The notes under the pieces are model-generated. The model was given only the letters and a program-made list of their open reading frames with translations, searched no databases and had not been told where the DNA came from. Below are positions 57,505 through 64,000 of a DNA stretch of 64,000 bases, piece after piece (the stretch's first letter is position 1; every line of letters begins with the position of its first letter). Position numbers and translations under genes: made by a program. The DNA lies in assembly GCA_964493415.1 (NCBI GenBank), contig CAZBND010000002.1:97678-161677 (forward strand), read 5' to 3'. Source of the stretch: an uncultured Planctomycetota bacterium (lineage in GTDB: Bacteria > Planctomycetota > DG-23 > CAZBND01).

Positions 57505-58782
57505 ATGAAACGATTCCTGCCCGTCGCCGTGGTCATCGCTGTGCTCCTCATGATTCTTGTGGGTCTGGCCGCATATCATTACGGCGTGAACGCCGGCACG
57601 CCCGCCGCGTCCGAACAGATTCGTCCCCTCGAAGAGCGGCTTGCCGAGGCTGAGTCCCGCATCGCTCTGCTTTCCCAGCAGAATGAACGCATCAAAGCCG
57701 AGCTCGAGACTGAGAAGTCTCGATCTGACTCGAAGACCCTGACTATAGTTGACCTCCAGCGGCAGTTGGCTGACATCATGAAGGACCTGGTCGACGCTCC
57801 TGACGTTCCCGCCATCTCATTCGATGAAAAGGTCAGGCTTCTGATCGCCAAGCTCGCCGAGGACGACGCATGGTACTACCGCGATAAGCTCATCGAAATG
57901 GGCGAAGAAGTCATCCCCTTCATCCTGGCGCGGCTCGAAGAGCCTGACGTCACCGAGGACGAAAGCCTCATGCTCTATCAAATACTAGCCCGCTTCGGCG
58001 ACCCCGAGCTTGTTCCCTGGTTCATAGCGGGACTCGTTTCGGACAGCCAGCGCGTCAGAAGGGAATGCCACCGCGCTCTCATGCGCTTCACCTATCAGAC
58101 CCTCCCGGCCGACTACGACGAATGGGCCCTTTGGTATGCCACCAACGCAGGCCTTGACCCCGATCAATGGCACGACTCCGCGATCAACAACGCTCTTACC
58201 GCGCTCGCCTCTGGCAACGCTCGGGAACGCTCCGACGGCCTCATGTTTCTCTTCCGGCGGCTGATGGAGGGGGATGATGAGCTGGCTGCCGACCCCAGAG
58301 TTCTCTCGGCGCTTGCTGATCTGGCCCAGAGCGAATCGCCTTCCATTCGGCGCAGCGCATTGATGATGCTGGCCCGAGTTCTCCCTGACGACCAGGTTCT
58401 CGTGTACGTGACACCTCTCCTTGATTCCTCCGATAACCCCACTGACCGTGCCGCCGCCGTCATGGCTCTGGGAAGGCCCGGCCTTACCGGGGCAATTCCC
58501 ACCCTCGAGCCACTCCTCAGCGACCCCGATTCCTCCGTCAAGCGGGCCGCCTTTTTCAGCATCGCCCGCGTCGGCGGTGAGGAGGCAAAGCAGACGCTTT
58601 CCGCCGCGCTCCAGCAGGCCAAAGATGCCGGAGAGGACACCCGCGGGTTGGAGTTCATCCTCAACGCCATGAACGAAGGCCGCCTCCAGCGCTATCCTTT
58701 CGCCTTCGGAGCAGGTCCCGGAGGCGGACGGCGGAGTGGCCGACCTTCGGGAATCTGGGGATTCGAAACCGGACGTCGTTGA
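57505..58782 (+). CDS. membrane-anchored coiled-coil plus HEAT-repeat protein
   Basis: N-terminal TM, heptad stretch, HEAT repeats (SPSIRRSAL, DPDSSVKRAA), Gly/Arg tail. Confidence 0.8.
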   Translation: MKRFLPVAVVIAVLLMILVGLAAYHYGVNAGTPAASEQIRPLEERLAEAESRIALLSQQNERIKAELETEKSRSDSKTLTIVDLQRQLADIMKDLVDAPDVPAISFDEKVRLLIAKLAEDDAWYYRDKLIEMGEEVIPFILARLEEPDVTEDESLMLYQILARFGDPELVPWFIAGLVSDSQRVRRECHRALMRFTYQTLPADYDEWALWYATNAGLDPDQWHDSAINNALTALASGNARERSDGLMFLFRRLMEGDDELAADPRVLSALADLAQSESPSIRRSALMMLARVLPDDQVLVYVTPLLDSSDNPTDRAAAVMALGRPGLTGAIPTLEPLLSDPDSSVKRAAFFSIARVGGEEAKQTLSAALQQAKDAGEDTRGLEFILNAMNEGRLQRYPFAFGAGPGGGRRSGRPSGIWGFETGRR

Positions 58783-58950
58783 CCTCTAGCGCCGCGATTT
58801 CCACGGAGCCCGCCACCGCTGAACAGCATCCCGCGTCTCTTGCCTCCCGGACTTCCAGCGTCGCGCTGGACTTCCGTGGGATTATCCGTGACAATGTTGC
58901 GTGAGTTCGCAACGCCTATCTCACAGGATCGCAGGCGCCAGGAGGAAGGC

Positions 58951-59415
58951 ATGGAATCACAAGTACGGGTCGACTTTCCCCTTACAACCGCGACCATAGC
59001 CCGTCTCGTACCAGGCCAGGAGATTTTTGAAGCAGTGAAGTCCCTGGCTGCGCGCACATCGTCCGGGCGTCTCGCTATTCTCTCCGGCTTGGGAAGTCTG
59101 ACCGACGTCGTCTTCAGAAATCTCAAGCCCCGTATCGCCAGGCCGGTCTCCTTGGAGAAGACCGCCCCTTTTGAAGGCCCCGGCCCCTACGAGCTCCTCT
59201 CGGTCCAAGGGAATGTCTTGCCGATGGACCAGGAGCAGGTCGTACACATCCATGTCACGCTCGGCACTCCTTCGGGCGAGGTGATCGGGGGGCACCTGTT
59301 CGCCGCGAAGGTCTTTACGACTACCGAGCTGATTTGCGTTGAGCTGCCGCTCAAGTCGTTATTCCGAGAGAGAAGCCCCGTCACGGGGCTGACCGAAATC
59401 GTCTGGAGGGATTAG
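58951..59415 (+). CDS. PPC/DUF296 domain protein
   Basis: RLVPGQEI, LSGLGSL, YELLSVQGN, HIHVTLG, GGHL; start ATG 58951 behind GGAGG. Confidence 0.88.
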   Translation: MESQVRVDFPLTTATIARLVPGQEIFEAVKSLAARTSSGRLAILSGLGSLTDVVFRNLKPRIARPVSLEKTAPFEGPGPYELLSVQGNVLPMDQEQVVHIHVTLGTPSGEVIGGHLFAAKVFTTTELICVELPLKSLFRERSPVTGLTEIVWRD

Positions 59416-59454
59416 GCGGGAAAGTCCGCGGCGGCCGGCCGGCCCGGGGCACCC

Positions 59455-59919
59455 TCAGGACGAAGGTACCTTGCGCACCTTCACCGCGCCTGTGAGGCAG
59501 GCGACGACGCACGCCGGCTCCTCGCCGCGTTCCCATCGACGGGCGCACAGATCGCACTTCAGAACCACTTTGCGCTCTTCGTCCATCCGCAGCGCTCCGA
59601 ACGGGCACGCCTCTATGCACGCGCCGCAGCCGGTACACAGCGCTTCGTCCAGCAGCACAGGTTCGTCGGCGCTCGCTCGCGCAAGCGCGCCCGAAGGGCA
59701 GGCCTCGATGCATGCGGCGTTCTTGCACTGCCTGCACACTATCGGGGTCACCTTCCCCTTGACTACTTCGACCTGGATCCGCGGCTTCGGCGACGGCCTT
59801 TGCCGAATCGAGTCGTAAAGGTTTTCAGAGTCCGAATGCGCGACGGCGCATTCGATTTCACAACGTTTGCACGCTACGCATAAATCTTTCTTCACCGTCA
59901 GCGTTCTACCCACGCGCAT
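59455..59919 (-). CDS. 4Fe-4S dicluster electron transfer protein (CooF/HydN/DmsB-like)
   Basis: CVACKRCEIEC, CRQCKNAACIEACP, CTGCGACIEACP, KCDLC..PACVVAC; start ATG 59919 behind AGGAGG. Confidence 0.9.
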   Translation of the reverse strand: MRVGRTLTVKKDLCVACKRCEIECAVAHSDSENLYDSIRQRPSPKPRIQVEVVKGKVTPIVCRQCKNAACIEACPSGALARASADEPVLLDEALCTGCGACIEACPFGALRMDEERKVVLKCDLCARRWERGEEPACVVACLTGAVKVRKVPSS

Positions 59920-60007
59920 TCCTCCTGAACCGGTCGCAACGCACATGGCCTCAACCCACATCGTACACCGCCCAGCGTTGCAGGTCAACCGCAGCCACCC
60001 GTCCTCT

Positions 60008-61336
60008 TCACAACCGGCTTGCGGCAAGTGACGCGAGTTCGCTCCGCTCGCTTGTCACCAACGTCACATGCCCCACCAGCGGCTCCCCCTTCAGGCGGTC
60101 TGCCGCATAGGTCAGCCCGTTGCTCGTGGCGTCCAGGTAGGGATTGTCTATCTGATACGGGTCGCCCGTCAGCACCACCTTCGTTCCGTCGCCCGCTCTG
60201 CTTATGACCGTCTTCACCTCGTGCGGCGTCAGGTTCTGCGCCTCGTCCACCAGCATGAATTGATCCGGGATGCTCCTGCCCCGAATGTACGTCAGCGCCT
60301 CCAGCGCCAGCTTATCCGTCTCGAAAAGCCTCTCCAGCGGGCTCCCCCGATCATTTTCCTTCCCGTTCTTCCCCTTTCTCTCTTCCCGAGGCGTACCGTG
60401 CAAGATCAGATCGAGGTTGTCGAATATCGGCTCCATCCAGTGCTCCAGCTTCTCCTCTTTCGAACCGGGCAGGTAGCCTATGTCGCTTCCCATCGGAATT
60501 ATCGGCCTAGACACCAGCACCCTCTTGTACGCTCGCTCTTTCAGGCACTTGTGTAGAGCGCACGCCAGCGCAATCAGCGTCTTCCCTGTTCCCGCTTGCC
60601 CTACCAGCGTGACCAGTCTCACCTCCTCCTTCAGCAAAAGCTCCATTGCCATTGTCTGCTGTATGTTCCTTGGGCGGATCCCGTACACGGCGCCCCCTTC
60701 GTACTCTAACGCCACCGCGCGTCCGTTCCCCTCGTACCTGACCATCGTCTCCTTGCCCGCGCCCCCGCTGTCTTTCGCCAGTATGAACTGATTCGGAAGG
60801 AACTCTCCCTCCAATGTCACCTCGCCCTTCTCCTTCAATTCCGAAATCTGGCTACCGGAGAACTCCGCCTCCGACCAGCCCGAATACAGCCGCTCGAAAT
60901 CGACCTTCTGCTTCTCGAAATCCACCGCCTTTATCCCCAGCGAATCGGCCCTTATCCGCGCGTTGATGTCTTTCGACACGAACACCGCCGTTTGCCCCGA
61001 ATTCATCAGCTCGTACGCGACCGAGATTATCCTGTTGTCCGCCGTGTCCGCATGGAGCATCGCTGGCATGCCTTCCTCCGACGGAAAGGCGACACGGAGC
61101 GTTCCTCCCGTCTCGTCTATCGGAACCCCCTCCTTTAGATGTCCCTTCGACCTCAGCTCGTCCATCTTTCTGATCGCCGCCCGCGCATTCCTACCCAGCT
61201 CGTTGTTCTCTTTCTTGAACGTGTCCATCTCTTCCAGCACGTCGATCGGGATTACCACCTCGTTGTCTGCGAATGACGTCAACGCGGCAGCGTTATGGAG
61301 TAGCACGTTCGTGTCAAGGACGAAACTCTTCTTCAT
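60008..61336 (-). CDS. PIN-PhoH fusion (PhoH2/YlaK type)
   Basis: FVLDTNVLLH PIN motif, ADNRI, SKDINAR, GQAGTGKT, YIRGRSI, DEAQNLT; start ATG 61336. Confidence 0.93.
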   Translation of the reverse strand: MKKSFVLDTNVLLHNAAALTSFADNEVVIPIDVLEEMDTFKKENNELGRNARAAIRKMDELRSKGHLKEGVPIDETGGTLRVAFPSEEGMPAMLHADTADNRIISVAYELMNSGQTAVFVSKDINARIRADSLGIKAVDFEKQKVDFERLYSGWSEAEFSGSQISELKEKGEVTLEGEFLPNQFILAKDSGGAGKETMVRYEGNGRAVALEYEGGAVYGIRPRNIQQTMAMELLLKEEVRLVTLVGQAGTGKTLIALACALHKCLKERAYKRVLVSRPIIPMGSDIGYLPGSKEEKLEHWMEPIFDNLDLILHGTPREERKGKNGKENDRGSPLERLFETDKLALEALTYIRGRSIPDQFMLVDEAQNLTPHEVKTVISRAGDGTKVVLTGDPYQIDNPYLDATSNGLTYAADRLKGEPLVGHVTLVTSERSELASLAASRL

Positions 61337-61539
61337 CTCGCACCCCTTCTTGGTCACAAGCATTTCAGACCCATCTGAACCACCGATTCTAATCTCCATC
61401 CGTGCCCTCCACAAGCGACTGCCCGCAGGCGTCTTCGCACACGTCCCGGCCCTGGGGCATTCGTTAGCCCGGTCGCGCACGCCTTGGAAGGGGAGGGGCT
61501 TCGTCATCGTCGCAGCCCCCGTCTTTTTTCAAAATTCCC

Positions 61540-61568
61540 TTGACGAAGCCGGTGTCACCTTTTACACT
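61540..61568 (+). promoter_or_regulatory. sigma70 promoter of the Rrf2-cysE-DUF39 operon
   Basis: TTGACG, 17 nt spacer, TACACT. Confidence 0.65.
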
Positions 61569-61602
61569 TTTTCTATAGCAATGGTGGGAAAGGACGGAGC
61601 AG

Positions 61603-62046
61603 TTGAAGATCTCTACGCGGGCTAGGTATGGCGTGAGGGCTCTCATTGACATGGCCGGACAAGATTCTGACCAGCCAATCCAGCTCAAGGACATAGCTTG
61701 GCGACAGGAGATTTCTGTGAAGTATCTCGAGCAGATTTTCGCGCAGCTGCGTACCTCGGGCCTCGTTCGCGGCGTCCGGGGACCTCGCGGCGGCTATCTC
61801 CTGTCAAAATCTCCCGAATCCATGAGCATCTGCGAAGTCGTCGAAGCTCTTGATGGTTCGCTTTCGCTCGTCGACTGCGTTGACGACCCTTCCGCCTGCC
61901 ATAGGTCCCAAGGGTGTCCGTCCCGCAGGGTTTGGGCTGAGGTCAGTGGCGCGTTGCGCGACAACCTCGCTTCGATCTCGGTTGCCGACATGGGCATGCC
62001 CCCGGCCAAGGGCCGGGCACCGCGTCGAAAGCGCGCTTCGACGTAA
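61603..62046 (+). CDS. Rrf2 family transcriptional regulator (IscR/CymR-like, three Cys)
   Basis: MKISTRARYGVRAL, SVKYLEQIF, VRGPRGGYLL, CVDDPSACHRSQGC. Confidence 0.93.
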   Translation: MKISTRARYGVRALIDMAGQDSDQPIQLKDIAWRQEISVKYLEQIFAQLRTSGLVRGVRGPRGGYLLSKSPESMSICEVVEALDGSLSLVDCVDDPSACHRSQGCPSRRVWAEVSGALRDNLASISVADMGMPPAKGRAPRRKRAST

Positions 62047-62255
62047 CCATTCCCCGGGCCTTTGGCCTGGACCTCCTTCGCGATCCCTGGTGGAAATCGA
62101 AGGGTGGTCGTGTTGCTCCGGTTGCGCGCATGGAGACTAACTGTGCACCGCTTGTCCCCCTTGCGGATCAAATCTGGTACACGAACTTTCGCTGGCGAGG
62201 TGTTTGTTGGTACGGTATCCTGATAAAGGAATAACGTAGAAAGGGGCGTGCTTCC

Positions 62256-62909
62256 CTGTTCAAAAGGATCTCCGAGGACGTTAGGAATGTCTTTGCTCGT
62301 GACCCCGCGGCTAAGTCGGTGCTCGAGGTGCTCACATGCTATCCTGGGCTCCATGCCATCTGGATTCATAGAGTAGCCCACTTGCTCTGGCGTGCTCGCC
62401 TTAGGTTGCTCGCCAGGTTCATCTCGCACCTGGGACGCTTTCTGACCGGCATCGAGATTCATCCGGGGGCTAAAATTGGCCGGCGTGTCTTTATCGACCA
62501 CGGCGCCGGCGTCGTTATCGGAGAGACTTCAGAGATTGGCGACGACGTCGTCCTCTATCAGGGCGTTGTCCTCGGAGGCACGTCCATGGAGAAGAAGAAA
62601 CGGCACCCCACAATCGGTCACAACGTTGTCGTCGGCGCAGGAGCCATTCTCCTTGGCGCTGTTGATATCGCCGATGGCGCAAAGGTCGGCGCTGGCTCCG
62701 TCGTCGTGCACTCGGTGCCCGTCGGAACTACCGTCGTCGGCATACCTGCAAGACCGGTGGAGACGCGCACAAAGCTCGACCTCGACCTCGACCACGGCAA
62801 GCTTCCCGACCCTATCGCCGAGGCAATAAGGACAGTCCTCGACGAGCAGCAAAAGCTGCGCGATCGCATAGCTCAGCTCGAACGGATAATCGGGCAAAAA
62901 GGCGGATAG
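62256..62909 (+). CDS. cysE: serine O-acetyltransferase
   Basis: [39 protein letters not shown]; conserved N-terminus extends to CTG 62256. Confidence 0.95.
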   Translation: MFKRISEDVRNVFARDPAAKSVLEVLTCYPGLHAIWIHRVAHLLWRARLRLLARFISHLGRFLTGIEIHPGAKIGRRVFIDHGAGVVIGETSEIGDDVVLYQGVVLGGTSMEKKKRHPTIGHNVVVGAGAILLGAVDIADGAKVGAGSVVVHSVPVGTTVVGIPARPVETRTKLDLDLDHGKLPDPIAEAIRTVLDEQQKLRDRIAQLERIIGQKGG

Positions 62910-62953
62910 CGCTTGTCGCCTCATGCCTCTTGGTATGCTGGAAGGAGGTGGTG

Positions 62954-63049
62954 ATGATGTTATGGATTATGCGTAGCCCGCATCGGCCGCAGCGTACAAG
63001 TGTGTGTTCACATCACCGCTTTCTCTACCAGGAGGAAACAGATGCCTAA
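62954..63049 (+). other. candidate leader peptide (31 aa, MMLWIM...) in a structured 5' leader
   Basis: AAGGAGGTG SD 5 nt before ATGATG; TAA overlaps the DUF39 ATG; 14 bp stem 62943-62956 with 63011-63024. Confidence 0.45.
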
Positions 63050-64000
63050 GACCATAAGCGAGATAAACGAACGAATCCGAAAGCGTCAGGCCGTCGTCGT
63101 CACAGCCGAAGAAATCATCGACATCGTCGATGAGAAGGGCATAGACGCCGCCGCCAAAGAGGTCGATGTCGTCACCACGGGCACCTTCGGACCCATGTGT
63201 TCCTCCGGTGCCTACTTCAACATCGGCCACTCCAAGCCCAGGATCAAGCTGGGCGGCGGGCATGTGCGCCTTAACGCCGTCCCGGCCTACGCCGGTTTCG
63301 CAGCCGTCGACCTCTACGTCGGCGCAACCGCCATCCCCGATGACGACCCACGCAACAAGGTGTTCCCAGGGGAGTTCAGCTACGGAGGCGGCCACGTGAT
63401 TCAGGACCTCGTTGGAGGCAAGGACATCGTCCTCGAAGCTACCGCCTACGGCACCGACTGCTATCCGCGGAAAAGGCTTCGAACGCTCATCAGCATCCGC
63501 GACCTCAATGAGGCCGTGCTCTTCAACCCGAGGAATGTCTACCAAAACTACAACATCGCCGTCAACCTCTCCGACAAGGTGATCTACACCTACATGGGGG
63601 CTCTCAAGCCCAACCTCGGCAACGCCAACTACTGCAGCGCCGGACAGCTCTCCCCCCTTCTCAACGACCCTCACTACAAGACCATAGGGATCGGCACCCG
63701 GATGTTTCTTGGCGGAGGGGTCGGTTACGTCGCTTGGCAGGGAACCCAGCACAACCCCACCGTCAAGCGCAAGCCCAACGGCGTTCCCGAAGCACCCGCG
63801 GGCACGCTCGCGCTCATCGGGGACCTCAAGGGAATGAGCCCGGACTGGCTCGTCGGCACCAGCTTCCGCGGTTACGGTGTTACCCTCACCGTCGGCGTAG
63901 GCATTCCCATCCCCATCCTGGACGAAACCATCTGCAAGTTCACTTCCGTCCGTGATGAGGAGCTTTCAGCCAAGATCGTCGACTACAGCAACGCCTATCC
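63042..64000 (+). CDS. homocysteine biosynthesis protein (DUF39, MA1821/MJ0100-like), truncated at right edge
   Basis: Absent from the ORF track; hand translation MPKTISEINERIRKRQAVVVTAEE..DVVTTGTFGPMCSSGA..YGGGHVIQDL..YGTDCYPR..PRNVYQNYN..LSPLLNDP. Confidence 0.9.
   Translation, partial: MPKTISEINERIRKRQAVVVTAEEIIDIVDEKGIDAAAKEVDVVTTGTFGPMCSSGAYFNIGHSKPRIKLGGGHVRLNAVPAYAGFAAVDLYVGATAIPDDDPRNKVFPGEFSYGGGHVIQDLVGGKDIVLEATAYGTDCYPRKRLRTLISIRDLNEAVLFNPRNVYQNYNIAVNLSDKVIYTYMGALKPNLGNANYCSAGQLSPLLNDPHYKTIGIGTRMFLGGGVGYVAWQGTQHNPTVKRKPNGVPEAPAGTLALIGDLKGMSPDWLVGTSFRGYGVTLTVGVGIPIPILDETICKFTSVRDEELSAKIVDYSNAY

Noticed and set aside
59419-59428. GGAAAGTCCG, resembling the RNase P RNA P4 5' strand
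   Set aside because: It lies in a gap of about 40 nt between convergent genes, and I saw no matching 3' P4 strand (AACCCGGCTTA-like) downstream
62095-62115. T-box-like AAGGGTGG upstream of cysE
   Set aside because: It continues TCGTG, not NACC(G/A)CG; no terminator/antiterminator or specifier stem is evident
62910-63041. Known SAM-I, SMK or SAH riboswitch before DUF39
   Set aside because: Lacks ATC-AGAG/GCAACC/GTGC, SMK and SAH core motifs; kept only as a novel-leader candidate

Overview
Gene-dense chromosomal window, high GC (about 60-65% by eye), from a diderm bacterium (bamD, lptE). Gene content (DUF6785/6784 transporter, DUF3568 lipoproteins, CehA/McbA hydrolases, split nnrE, multi-PDZ RseP, HEAT protein) suggests a PVC/Planctomycetota-like and probably anaerobic lineage; this is inference. 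It holds two long housekeeping operons: uppS-cdsA-phoH-HD-ybeY-hlyC-recO-bamD-lptE-ftsH-folP-cdaA-cdaR-pdxJ-folE, and ispG-gspEFGHIJ-dxr-rseP-pncB-pncA. It also has three tRNAs (Leu-CAA, His-GTG, Arg-TCG), catabolic genes (eda, kdgK, two Gfo/Idh/MocA, two sulfatase-like, two PHP-type hydrolases, nitrilase, glycosylasparaginase), pilT-STAS, and an Rrf2-cysE-DUF39 sulfur amino acid operon. I saw no rRNA, CRISPR array, integrase or transposase. Strongest leads: (1) an unannotated 6S-like RNA at about 27624-27810, tightly bracketed by tandem DnaA boxes; (2) a Met-rich upstream ORF plus SD-adjacent hairpin in front of the methanogen-type homocysteine synthase (DUF39); (3) two sulfatase-fold enzymes with Thr at the formylglycine position; (4) a T2SS/pseudopilus module translationally coupled inside the MEP isoprenoid operon; (5) a probable CTG start for cysE. 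All family assignments come from recognising motifs by eye; no database searches were run.
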